A stretch of 47,498 bases of DNA, taken from contig JAKLKB010000074.1 of NCBI GenBank assembly GCA_023150835.1, forward strand, positions 1 to 47,498, read 5' to 3'. The position numbers and the translations under genes were made by a program. Numbering within the stretch: the stretch's first letter is position 1; the number at the start of each line of letters is the position of its first letter. The stretch comes from Myxococcota bacterium (GTDB lineage: Bacteria > Myxococcota_C > UBA6777). A model generated the notes under the pieces. It was not told where the DNA came from, made no database searches, and saw nothing but the letters and a program-made list of their open reading frames with translations. This document shows positions 1-9,900 of this stretch, piece by piece.

Positions 1-90
1 CGGGGGTACGGTGTGTTTTTGGGAGGGCAAAAAGTGGTTGTACGGGGGTACGGTGTGTTTTTGGGAGGGCAAAAAGTGGTTGTACGGGGG
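1..90. repeat. 42-bp tandem repeat (2 copies plus partial; may extend left of the window)
   Basis: CGGGGGTACGGTGTGTTTTTGGGAGGGCAAAAAGTGGTTGTA at 1-42 and 43-84, then CGGGGG. Confidence 0.9.
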
Positions 91-91
91 T

Positions 92-1063
92 TTATTGAGG
101 GGAGGGAGTGTCGATGGGGGGTTGAGGTGGGGGATTTTTGGGTGTTTTGGTGTTTTTGGAATATTTGGTGTGTCGGAGTCCGGGGTAGCGTTCGGCAGCT
201 TCTTTGGGGGTATTGCGGTAGAGGAAGCGGCCTGTTTCACAAGCTTCTGTGTAGGCTTGTTGGAAGAGGATGAAGACGCGGTTGCGGATCAAGAATGCCT
301 CTTTTTGTTCGTCGAGGAGAACAAGATCGAGCACATCAAGGGCGACTTGCTCGGCGCTTTCGAGATCTTGATGGGTGATCTCACTACGTCCTTGAACGTC
401 TGACCAATTGTCGAGGAAGAGTGCGGCGAGGCGCTGGAGATCTTCGGCGAGATCGCGGAGTCCTGAACCTTCGCGGATCTCTTTGAGGGTCTCTTTGATA
501 TCGGGATCGTTGCGCCAAACATAATCAGCAGCGTCGAGTAGCTCTTTGCGGATATCTTTCGCTTGTTGGCCGATGGTCTTTTTGGGGGTTTTGGAGATCT
601 GCTTGCGGGCATTGCGCCAACGCATCTCGGCATACGACAGGGCCAGCGTCAAGCTGTAAAGCTGCATGATCAGGTCGTAGTTGCTTTCGCCGATCTCATG
701 GAGCTTTTTGAGGCGTTTTTTGTCTTGTTCAGCGTGTTTTGCCACCAACAAGCCCAACATGATCGCGTCGGAGCTCGAAAAGCTTGGCGTGGTGGCGGTT
801 TTGGCGGGGATGGCTTCGCAGGCTTCGAGGTGCTTTTCATAGGCTTTTTGTGCGTCGCGCTCTTTGAAAGGCAGGTCTTCGAGGATGTTCTCTTTGGTCG
901 ACGCGGCGGTCTCGGTCGCTTCGGTCTCGCCATCCGCAGCGGTGTGCTTGTCTTTTTTGGACTTGGTGGATTCGACGTCTTTGTCTTTTTTAGGCTTGGT
1001 GGATTCGGTGTCTTTGTCTTTTTTGGGCTTGGTGGATTCGGTGTCTTTGTCTTTTTTGGACAT
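92..1063 (-). CDS. Hypothetical helical protein (~323 aa) with N-terminal Lys/Asp-rich 12-aa repeats
   Basis: ATG at 1063 preceded by GGAG (1071-1074). KKDKDTESTKPK-type repeats are followed by a globular-looking body (IREGSGLRDLAEDLQRLA...AYTEACETGRFLY). The ORF-track extension to 1489 is only repeat read-through. Confidence 0.75.
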   Translation of the reverse strand: MSKKDKDTESTKPKKDKDTESTKPKKDKDVESTKSKKDKHTAADGETEATETAASTKENILEDLPFKERDAQKAYEKHLEACEAIPAKTATTPSFSSSDAIMLGLLVAKHAEQDKKRLKKLHEIGESNYDLIMQLYSLTLALSYAEMRWRNARKQISKTPKKTIGQQAKDIRKELLDAADYVWRNDPDIKETLKEIREGSGLRDLAEDLQRLAALFLDNWSDVQGRSEITHQDLESAEQVALDVLDLVLLDEQKEAFLIRNRVFILFQQAYTEACETGRFLYRNTPKEAAERYPGLRHTKYSKNTKTPKNPPPQPPIDTPSPQ

Positions 1064-1183
1064 GGCGATACTCCGTGTGCTGGTTTGGGTGAGGGGCGCG
1101 AACAGCGATGTCAGAAAAGCCTCGGTGTGATGGGACTCATACGATATCCGAGTGATGTATACACAAAGGAGAGTACGTAGAAG

Positions 1184-1557
1184 CCCGATTGTCTGGCAGC
1201 CACAGGGGACCCGATTGTCGGGCAGCCACAGGGGACCCGATTGTCGGGCAGCCACAGGGGACCCGATTGTCGGGCAGCCACAGGGGACCCGATTGTCTGG
1301 CAGCCACAGGGGGCCCGATTGTCTGGCAGCCACAGGGGGCCCGATTGTCTGGCAGCCACAGGGGGCCCGATTGTCTGGCAGCCACAGGGGGCCCGATTGT
1401 CTGGCAGTCACAGGGGGCCCGATTGTCTGGCAGCCACAGGGGGCCCGATTGTCGGGCAGCCACAGGGGGCCCGATTGTCTGGCAGTCACAGGGGGCCCGA
1501 TTGTCTGGCAGCCACAGGGGGCCCGATTGTCGGGCAGCCACAGGGGGCTGCCCCTAC
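1184..1557. repeat. 14 x 26-bp tandem array ending in a complete GTAG-type REP palindrome
   Basis: Unit CCCGATTGTC(T/G)GGCAG(C/T)CACAGGGG(A/G) from 1184 to 1547; terminal GGGCAGCCACAGGGGGCTGCCCCTAC (minus strand GTAG-GGGCAGCC-CCCTGT-GGCTGCCC); no spacers. Confidence 0.95.
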
Positions 1558-1604
1558 CTCTTTACGATCACGCAACGGGCGGATTTCGTATAAGATGACA
1601 GAAC

Positions 1605-1678
1605 TCAGGTTTGGTTTGTGGAAGGACAGAGGTCTTCGACGGCGGAAAGAGGGAGATCCGTAGCGGTGGAGACTTCTT
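1605..1678 (-). pseudogene. 3' fragment of the IS-interrupted Rpn-like gene
   Basis: Reads (Q)EVSTATDLPLSAVEDLCPSTNQT* in frame with the 3038-3386 fragment once 1679-3037 is removed. Confidence 0.8.
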
Positions 1679-1830
1679 GTGAACCACCCAAGGAATCAGC
1701 ACTTGGGCTTCCTTTCTGCTTCACAGACGGCAGCGCCAACCCGGTGGGGGTTAGACGTCTTACGCAGTCTCCACAGACATCAAATCGGTGGGTTCCAACC
1801 CTAGAGAAGACAATGCTTGATGGAGCAGAT
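1659..1830 (-). ncRNA. Predicted TnpB omegaRNA (right-end-derived scaffold plus ~20-nt flank-derived guide); boundaries approximate
   Basis: Overlaps the tnpB 3' end and right end (...GAAGCAGAAAGGAAGCCCAAGTGCTGATTCCTTGGGTGGTTCAC | guide AAGAAGTCTCCACCGCTACG). Inferred from known TnpB biology. Confidence 0.6.
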
Positions 1831-3037
1831 TTTTGGCAGCGTTTTTGTCGCGGTCATGGTGTGTTCCACAACCTCCACATGTCCATGCTCTGTCTTTCAA
1901 GCGCAGAGATTCGTGTTTCCATCCACAACACGAACACAGCTTACTTGACGCGAAAAACCTCCCCACTTTCACCACCTCGCAGCCATACCAAGCACCTTTG
2001 TACCCACAAAACCGCACAAACTGTGACCACGCCGCATCATGGATAGACTTCGCCAGACGACGGTTTTTCACCATGCCGCGTACGTTCAAATCCTCAAACA
2101 CCAACAACGAATGCTCACGCACCAGACGTTTGCTGAGTTTGTGTTGAAAGTCGCGGCGTTGATGACTCACCCTTTCTGCTTGCTTGGCCAACTGTAGGCG
2201 TGCTTTCTCTCGATTTTTCGAGCCTTTCTTTTTGCGTTGAAGTTTGCGTTGGAGCTTGGCGAGTTTTCGCTCGCTACGTCGCAGCCATCGGGGATTTTCA
2301 ACTTGTTCTCCCTGCGAGGTGGTGAGGAAGTGTGTCAAACCCAGATCGAGACCGACAGCAGGGCGTTGTGAAGTGGATGGAAGAGAAGGGGAGGCTTCGA
2401 CTTCGCAGAGGATGGAAACAAAATAGTGACCGCTCTTGGTTTTCGAGACCGTCACATTCTTGGGCGTACCTTGAAGAGGGCGGTGAAGGATGAGCGCGAG
2501 CCCACCGAGTTTTGGAAGGTAGAGTTGTTCTCCTTTGAAGTGGAAACCTTGGGGGAAACGGATGGATTGTCGGTCATGCTTTTTTTTGGGCTTTGGGAAG
2601 CGTGCGTGTCCTTCAAAAAAGTGAGTGTAGGCACGTCCTAAGTCTTTGAGTTTTTGTTGAAGGCATTGAGAATGGGCATCGTTGAGCCAGAGGTAGTCGG
2701 GTTGTTGTTTAAGTTGAGTGAGAAGTTTGCACAGTTGGGAGAAAGAGAGGGACTTTTTGGTTTGTTGATAGACTTGGATGTGTTGTTGAAGTGCCCAGTT
2801 GTAGACAAAACGAGCATGGCCGAACTGAACGGCCAAGGCGGCTTCTTGTTCAACTGTCGGCTGGATACGGTACTGAAACGCTTGATACATCACGACTCTC
2901 ACACGCCTTTTTGTTGTGCGATGTATTGTTCCACCACAATCTTCCATTTGTCAACCCTGAACATGGGCTAAAGCCGCTAAAGCGTATAAACCCCTTATAT
3001 CCCAAGGCTAAAGCTCTTGGGATATAAGGGCTAACCA
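1679..3037 (-). mobile_element. IS200/IS605-family tnpB-only (IS1341-like, non-autonomous) element
   Basis: Left end follows TTTAC (3042-3038 on minus strand) with a subterminal hairpin at 2992-3030 (CCCTTATATCCCAAG..CTTGGGATATAAGGG). Right end has the hairpin CCCAAG..CTTGGG (1686-1708) and ends GGTGGTTCAC at 1679. No tnpA and no target duplication. Confidence 0.88.
1760..2890 (-). CDS. tnpB: RNA-guided endonuclease TnpB (~376 aa)
   Basis: N-terminal YRIQPTVEQ..FGHARFVYN; RuvC I VGLDLG, RuvC II VFEDLNV, Zn finger CSCCG..CGGCG, RuvC III HDRDKNAAKN; likely start MYQAFQY at 2890. Confidence 0.95.
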   Translation of the reverse strand: MYQAFQYRIQPTVEQEAALAVQFGHARFVYNWALQQHIQVYQQTKKSLSFSQLCKLLTQLKQQPDYLWLNDAHSQCLQQKLKDLGRAYTHFFEGHARFPKPKKKHDRQSIRFPQGFHFKGEQLYLPKLGGLALILHRPLQGTPKNVTVSKTKSGHYFVSILCEVEASPSLPSTSQRPAVGLDLGLTHFLTTSQGEQVENPRWLRRSERKLAKLQRKLQRKKKGSKNREKARLQLAKQAERVSHQRRDFQHKLSKRLVREHSLLVFEDLNVRGMVKNRRLAKSIHDAAWSQFVRFCGYKGAWYGCEVVKVGRFFASSKLCSCCGWKHESLRLKDRAWTCGGCGTHHDRDKNAAKNLLHQALSSLGLEPTDLMSVETA

Positions 3038-3386
3038 GTAAAGAAAGGCCCGTGAGTTCTGCGACGACTTGCGGCGGCATCTCGCGCCCCAACATCCGCA
3101 AGACGATCTCTTGTTTGCCTTTTTGGAGCCCTTCTTGGATGCCTTCTTGTTTGCCTTCTTGTTTACCTTTTTGGAGTCCGCGTTGTTCGTAGTATTCGGC
3201 CAAAGGATTCGGTTCAAAGAGACTCATTTGGATATCCTCCTGTACGATCTCCATCCCAAAGAAGCGAGCAAAAAAGAACGTCGTCATGACGAGCAGATCT
3301 TGTTTGCGATCACCCGAAAGATCGCTTTCCATGATGGCATGCGCAAGGGTCTTGATGAAGGGGCGGTGCGATCTGTTTTTGATCAC
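3038..3386 (-). pseudogene. 5' fragment of an Rpn/YhgA-like C-terminal-domain gene interrupted by the IS
   Basis: LAEYYEQRGLQKGKQEGKQEGIQEGLQKGKQE repeats followed by RML..MPPQVVAELTGLSL HTH tail, typical of Rpn C-termini. Internal AGGAGG-N7-ATG at 3227. Confidence 0.75.
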
Positions 3387-3405
3387 GGTACGGGTGGGGT
3401 TCGTC

Positions 3406-6400
3406 TCACAATAATTTTTTGATGCGTTGTCTGTCGTGTTCGAGAAGGGATAGGATCTCTTGTCTGGATGGCAAGGCGCTTGACTCCAGCGCGACGTGAA
3501 AAACGGGGCTTCCTTTCGACCAGAGTTCGACGCTTTCCGTATGTTGATCGAAGTAGGTCGGAGAGGTCGTCACGCGCACTTCTTCGACGTGTTGCAAAGA
3601 ACGATAGCCGACCTCTTCTGGGCCAAGGGTTCTGATCGTCACGCCGTTGGGCATTAGATCGGGTTGTGCCAAGATGCGCTGGAGATCCCGTAGATCATAC
3701 GGTGGAGCAAGGGGTGGCAATTCTTGCCAAGTGTTTTCTAAGATCGCGTCCAAATCAAAACCCTTCTGTTGTAGATCTTCTACCTCTTGTTCAAGGCGAC
3801 GCAAGAGAGATTCCCTTGCGGCTTGTTTTTCTTCGGTGCGTGCAAGCGTCGCCTCTGTGATGCGTTGTGAAACACTCGACAAGATCGGCTGCAAGCGGCC
3901 CACAAACTGTGTGAACAGTTGGATCCGTTCGCGCAAGGCCGCGTACACATCAGACTCCACCGTGTCTTGGTAATGCAGATTCATCACGCGAATACGCGAA
4001 AAGGTTTGCCCCAATCGATCGATCCGACCGATCCGTTGCTCCACGCGCATTGGATTCCAAGGCATATCGTAGTTGATCAGCGCACCGCAGAATTGGAAGT
4101 TGAGTCCTTCTGCCGCTGCATCCGTACACAGCATGATCTCTGCTTTTCCCTGCAAGAAGATCGCCTTGGCTTCGTCGCGTGAGATCTTCACCCAATCCCC
4201 GCTCTCGGTTCGCTGCTCCCCGCCTTCACCGGAAAAGCAAACCACCTTTTGCCCGCTTTCTCCCACCAGATGTTGTCGCAAAAAGCGCATCGTGTCTGTG
4301 TACTGCGTGAACACAATACATTGGGGATAACCGGTTTGTTTGAGGGTTTGGATGCGTTCGTGAAGAGTCCGTGTCTTGGTGTCTGTGGGCAGTTTGCACA
4401 CCATCCGCAACAAACGCTGGATCTCTTGTTGTTCTTCGAGTTGCAAGACGCGTTGTTGTGCGCCTTCGATCTCATCCGTCCCAAACAGTTCGTCTTGAAA
4501 GCCTTCTTCTTCGACAAATGCCTCCTCCGAAGAGGCCGACGTCGTGCCTTGAAGTCGTTGCAGCCTTCGTTCGAGCGTCTTGCGCAGTGCCTCAAAGCTG
4601 CTCGCCATCCGTCGCCGATAGATGGTCATAATAAAACCTACCGCATTGCGTTCTTTCGCGGTGGCGCGGTTGTACATCTCCGAGATATAACGCTCGACCT
4701 CTTCGTATACCTCGCGCTCCTCGGGCTGCAAGTCGATAAACTGATCTTCGACGTAGCGCGTGGCGATCCGCGCTTTGAGTTTTCCTTCGGTGGCATAACG
4801 CCGCAAGGTCTCCCGCGTATGGCGCGAGATCAAGCAAGAGACCGGCGTGTATCCTCGCATCAAGCGGATCGCTGCGGCTCGTTCGTTGTCAGACCACTTT
4901 GTCCTTGGGGTCGTCGCCTTCTCGCGTAGGGTGTGCAAGAGGCTTTTTCGTCGGATGTTTCCCATCTCGGGCGTCAAGGAACGGGCTTGTTCTTCGCTCA
5001 TCTCCCCCCAATGCTGCTCGGTTGCTCGAAACAGGCGCACCATTGATTCGATCTCTTCTTTTTGCAGATCCGACCGCTCCGCCAACGCAAAAAAACGCTC
5101 GAATTCGCCCCACGTCCACTCCCTCGGAACCCCCAAAAGCTCCAGTAGATCCCATAACTCTTGCGGATGCACTTGCATCGGCGTGGCCGTCAATAACACC
5201 AAACCCTCCGTCCGAAGACGCAAACGACGCATCAACGACAACAATAAGTTGGGCTTGGCTTCTTGACCGCCTCCCGCTACCCCGCTGCGTCGTGCGTGGT
5301 GTGCTTCGTCCAACAGCACCAACGAGTACCGCGCCGCTTCCCGACACAGTTCTTCGCTTCGATCCGTTCGCCGCATCAGTTGGCTTGATACGATCACAAA
5401 CGGTTCTTTGTGCCACGCCGAACGCGAAACCGCACGCCATTTTTCGTGTTGCCCTCGGCTGTCATACCACACCAGATCGCTTCCCGTGTAGATCGGCCAG
5501 TTGAGGTTGAATTTCTCGCGCAGTTCGTACTGCCATTGCCGTGTGACTGCTTTGGGAGCCAAGATCAACGCCCGCTCTAGCTTCCCCGCCAACCACGCCT
5601 GCCGCAACAACAATCCCGCTTCGATGGTCTTGCCCAATCCCACCTCATCGGCGATCAATAGCTTTGGCGGCCACTTTCGATACATCCGCAAAAAGGCTCT
5701 CCTTTGGTGCGGCCACGCTTGGATCGCTGAGGTCACTTCTCCCACATCGTCGCCAATCCCCTCCAACATCGGCCCATGCACGATGATCCCCCATATCACC
5801 CGCTTTCTTTGATCTTCTTGGATGTAGTCCCCTATCGGTTCGTGGCCTATGTTCTGCTCGCTCGTCGGGAGGAGCGTGTCTTCTTTCTGCTCGTCTGGAT
5901 GCGTTGTCTCTGGCACGCCCTCTGTCACCGCGTCTTGTGCTTCAACGCGATGCTGGGCGTCCTTGGTGGGTTGGCTTTGCTCGCCGGCGGCGCTTGGACT
6001 GGCTTCGTCGCTTTGGTGGGCGGCAGCGCTTGGACTGGCTTCGTCGCTTTGGTGGGCGGCGGCGCTTGGACTGGTCTCCTTGCTTTGGTGGGCGGCGGAT
6101 GCTGTCGCTGCTGCGTTGTCTTTTTCCTGATGTGAGGGGGGGGCGACATTGCTTGCGTCTTTGCTCTGTGTGCTTTCGCGCAAGCGTCGGGGGAGTTGTC
6201 CCTCAGGCGGGGCAAATCGCAACAAGCCTTGTTCGAGAGCTTGGCCGACTTCCATCACCAGACAACGCGGCATCTGATCGGCCCAAAGTCGCTCGAAGTG
6301 GGTATCCTCTAGTTGCACCCGTTCATAATCGTTCTGCCACGAACGGAACACATGGATCCCCTCCCAGTTTCCTTGCCATCCTTGCTGAGTTTCGTTGACG

Positions 6401-6900
6401 CTTCCATGAAAGGCCAAACGATCCCCCGCGCTGTCTTCCATCACGCCCGCCTTTTCGTGAAAGATCCGCGTTGTATGCAACACAGGCCGCCGATGCTCAT
6501 CACACGGGATCGCCACCCGCACCGACAACAGTCCCTTCTGGATCATCCATGCCAAGAGTTCCAAACCATCATCTCGGGGATATCGTTCGTGAAACATCGG
6601 CAAAGATTCCCCCCATACCTCGGCCACCGCTTCGTCCAGCTTGCGTTCTCCGCGCTGTATCGCTTCCACGACCGCTTGGTTTAACGTGCAGCCCGTGACG
6701 AGGCGCATCTTGCCTTTTCGTTCCACAAAGGGTTCCAAGCCCCGCGCCACCAAACGCAACGCCCCCGGCGTAAAATACCCCGTCACCCGATCATAACGAC
6801 ACGCCAACGACAACGCCGGCACATAAAAGTCCCGTATCAGGTCGTCTTGCCCCGAATCGTAATACAGCTTCCATTGCATCTCGCGGAGTTTTGGCGTCAC
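3406..6900 (-). CDS. PLD-family nuclease fused to SNF2-type helicase (restriction-like system subunit), 1164 aa
   Basis: N-terminal HKD-type FHEKAGVMED..GSVNET; Walker A LIADEVGLGKT; DEAHH; LLTATP; TDAAAEGLNFQ; NYDMPWNPMRVEQRIGRIDRLGQ. Confidence 0.93.
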   Translation of the reverse strand: MTPKLREMQWKLYYDSGQDDLIRDFYVPALSLACRYDRVTGYFTPGALRLVARGLEPFVERKGKMRLVTGCTLNQAVVEAIQRGERKLDEAVAEVWGESLPMFHERYPRDDGLELLAWMIQKGLLSVRVAIPCDEHRRPVLHTTRIFHEKAGVMEDSAGDRLAFHGSVNETQQGWQGNWEGIHVFRSWQNDYERVQLEDTHFERLWADQMPRCLVMEVGQALEQGLLRFAPPEGQLPRRLRESTQSKDASNVAPPSHQEKDNAAATASAAHQSKETSPSAAAHQSDEASPSAAAHQSDEASPSAAGEQSQPTKDAQHRVEAQDAVTEGVPETTHPDEQKEDTLLPTSEQNIGHEPIGDYIQEDQRKRVIWGIIVHGPMLEGIGDDVGEVTSAIQAWPHQRRAFLRMYRKWPPKLLIADEVGLGKTIEAGLLLRQAWLAGKLERALILAPKAVTRQWQYELREKFNLNWPIYTGSDLVWYDSRGQHEKWRAVSRSAWHKEPFVIVSSQLMRRTDRSEELCREAARYSLVLLDEAHHARRSGVAGGGQEAKPNLLLSLMRRLRLRTEGLVLLTATPMQVHPQELWDLLELLGVPREWTWGEFERFFALAERSDLQKEEIESMVRLFRATEQHWGEMSEEQARSLTPEMGNIRRKSLLHTLREKATTPRTKWSDNERAAAIRLMRGYTPVSCLISRHTRETLRRYATEGKLKARIATRYVEDQFIDLQPEEREVYEEVERYISEMYNRATAKERNAVGFIMTIYRRRMASSFEALRKTLERRLQRLQGTTSASSEEAFVEEEGFQDELFGTDEIEGAQQRVLQLEEQQEIQRLLRMVCKLPTDTKTRTLHERIQTLKQTGYPQCIVFTQYTDTMRFLRQHLVGESGQKVVCFSGEGGEQRTESGDWVKISRDEAKAIFLQGKAEIMLCTDAAAEGLNFQFCGALINYDMPWNPMRVEQRIGRIDRLGQTFSRIRVMNLHYQDTVESDVYAALRERIQLFTQFVGRLQPILSSVSQRITEATLARTEEKQAARESLLRRLEQEVEDLQQKGFDLDAILENTWQELPPLAPPYDLRDLQRILAQPDLMPNGVTIRTLGPEEVGYRSLQHVEEVRVTTSPTYFDQHTESVELWSKGSPVFHVALESSALPSRQEILSLLEHDRQRIKKLL
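5986..6098. repeat. ~3 x 36-bp in-frame repeat (SPSAAAHQSDEA) in the nuclease-helicase linker
   Basis: Repeated GCGCTTGGACTGGCTTCGTCGCTTTGGTGGGCGGC. Confidence 0.85.
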
Positions 6901-6933
6901 GGCGCACCTCGCTTTGTGGTGTCGATCTCTTCG

Positions 6934-9900
6934 CTATGGCTTCCCAAACAGCCCCAATTGGCGCGGTTTGACCGTGATCTCTCCCAATGCCAAACGCCGC
7001 AGCATCTCCAGTTTCTCGAAGTCCACCGCAAACGCTGCCGCCCCCACAAGTGACTTGCCGCTTTCGTCCTCTTCGTCTTCGTCGTCGGCTTCTGCTCCAC
7101 CCTCCAAGGCTTCGTCTTCCTCTTCCTCCGCTTCTTCCGTCCCCAACGCTGCTTGGAGAGCTTGTTTTTCTTCTTTGACTTGGGCTTGGCTCAGGATCTG
7201 TTGTTCTTTCATGGACGGCGGCACAGGCAAGACTTCCAACACTGCCTCCAACGCATCCAAGAACCGTTGATCTTTGTCCAACTTCATCTTCTCCATCGCT
7301 TCGCGGGCAACCGAAAGGTCTTGTTGGCGTGCCAGTCCCGCCAAGTAATGCAGCGCGTCCAACATCGTGTCTTTGCCATCGTTCGAGCGGAGCTTTTTCT
7401 TTTCCCTTCGCGTCGCGCTGTCCCACAGCATCAAGTTGGAACCCTTCTTCTCCGCGATGTACCCCACGATCTGCGTCTCCAATTCAACGCCCACCACCCG
7501 CGCAAGCTGCATCCCTTCGTCGTAAGGAAACGTCGGCGCTCGAAAGGCATCCCACGCCAACACAAACCACTCCAACACCTTATCCAAGTCAGCGCGGCGC
7601 TCCTTGTTAAAGAGGGAGTCCAATCGCCAGTTCTTGACTTCTGCACGAGCCGCATTCAAGGCATCTTCGGGCGTGACCGCGTAGGGATCTTCACCTTTTT
7701 CGACGTGGGCGCGGGGATTGTCGCGGTAGATATCCGGCCAATGCTTTGCAAACTCCCCCAACGCTCGACCAAAACACGACAAGTACAGATCCACCCCGCC
7801 GATCTCATATCCCTTGAATTCCTCCACGCTTTCGCGGACGCGCTTGCGCACCTTCGGCTCCAGATCCTCCCAAGCGATCTTCTCCCCGTCGGCTTGTTCT
7901 TGCTTCGGGCGGCACACCAAAAAGATCGTACTCTTGGCCGCTGCCTTGTCTTTGATGTGCATGCTGCCTTCGGCTTCGGTGTTGATCGGCCACGATGCCG
8001 TGATCTCAAACCCTGCATTCAACAAGCCTTGGGCCAAGGCATCCCACGCCCCCGTCGCCTTGTGCGTGAACATCAACGTCAAGATCCCGTCCGCCTTCAA
8101 TACCCGCCGACATTCCGCAAAGATATCTTGCATCCGCTGCCGATAATCTTCATACGCCAGCTTCTTTGCCCCCTTCGCTCCCTTGAATTTCGCAGGGTTT
8201 GCCACCGCTTCTTGTTCTTTGTCCGTCAACTCTCTCCAAAACAGATCCGGCAACACATAGCCCGCCGTTCGCTTCAGCCACACATAAAAAAAGTCCGATA
8301 ACTCCGCATACATCACATTGTCATAGTAGGGTGGATCCATCACCACCGCATCCACCGTACCCGCATCCACATGGTATAGCGAGGACGCCGATTGGCAGGT
8401 CACTTCCACCTTCGGCGGCGTCCATCCCTCTTCACCCTCCGTCGTTTGCGCTCGCGCAGCCCGCCCCTGTTCGCTGAACAACTCCCCATTTGCTCCCGTC
8501 TCTCCACCCTCTCCCAACGCCCGATACGCCGCCTTTGCATCCATCCCGGGACGAACCAAACTCATCAATTCCAACACCGCTTTCTTGGTTTGCTCAAACG
8601 CCCAATCGTATCCCATCCCCACGATCAGCGGAGCCATCTCCGCATGAGACCAACAAAACGCAAAGTCGTGTCGGTTGAATGTATTTGCGACCACTTCCCT
8701 TGTTGGCATCCAGACAGACATCCGCGAGTTGTAATTCAGCAGCTTGTCGAGGGCGAAGCCGAGGTAGACAAAGGCGGCTTGGGTGGGTTCGTCGAGGCGT
8801 CCAGCTTCGCGCTCTTCATCGACCAATGCGCGGAAGATCTCGACGCTGGTGACATGACAGAGCAGTTGGCGCGGGGAGAACATATCGCGCCACAGAGGCA
8901 TACCGTAGATGCGGGGGCGTTCATCGTTGACGATCTCGGGAAAGGCTTCGTTGGGAATGCAGTCGAAGGCTTCCCAATGGGGCATTCTTTCAGTGAGGTG
9001 TTGTTGGACGAGGTCTGCCACATCGTCATCGGGTCGTGGTGCGCGGTAATCGCGGATCCATTTTTCGCGGTTGCCAACGAGGGTGCGTTCTTTGAAGACG
9101 ACGGCGAAGAGTTGTTCGCCCATGTGTCCGGCTTGGGCTTGTCGTTTGATCTCGTCGCCGTCGATGTTGGCGCGGCAATCGTCGAAAGGACAACGGGCTG
9201 CGCCGCGCTTGACGGTGCCTTCGGATTGGTGGCTGGCTTTGCGGACGATCTCGAAGCGGCAAACACGCTGCGGGCTGGTCTGGGGCAACAAACGCACGCC
9301 CGTTCCACCCGGAGCCAAGCGCCAGTTCGGTGACAGCGGAACCAAGCCGCTACACTCCGGACAGGTGATCGTCCGCGCCCAGAGATAACCGTCGGGTATG
9401 CAATGTTTTCCTTCGTCTGGAAAAAAAGAGTGAAGCGATTCTCTTACCCTTTGAAGGAAGACAGATGAGAGCCGATCTATGGCCGACACCGTGGCGAAAC
9501 CAACAGACAAAGGAAACTTTAGCGTAGCATCCAAAATAAGCGAAGCAACAGGATTTAAGTCGTTGGCAAAAGTATCTATTCCCAATCGAATCGACTCAAA
9601 CGGGATACTTCCGCCCCCTGCTGTTGGATCAAGAACAACGGGACTCGACGTGCCTAACGTATCCTCAAGCCAGTCTTTTAATGTTCTTTTTTCTGATTCC
9701 GTTGGAGCATAAGAAAATGCACGAGAGTATCCGTAGGCTGCTGCCCCCAAACGGACGCCTGCTTTTGTTGCTGCGTCGATGCGTTTTCGAGAAGCGACGG
9801 GGTCGCCGTGGATGCCGAGGAGGTGGAGAAAGAGATCGTGATCCGCGTTGGCGGGGAGGAGGGAGGCGAGGACAGCAGCGCGGGAGGCGACGAGGGGGCG

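Noticed and set aside
1184-1547. Possible CRISPR array beside a TnpB/Cas12-like nuclease
   Set aside because: Units are contiguous with no unique spacers, and the array lies outside the IS ends
1064-1663. ORFs in all six frames across the 26-bp array, including the 465-aa extension of 92-1489
   Set aside because: Artefacts of a stop-free repeat; the RBS supports the start at 1063
1679-3037. IStron (self-splicing intron-IS hybrid), because the element interrupts a gene
   Set aside because: Only ~150 bp lie between the left end and tnpB, too short for a group I intron core
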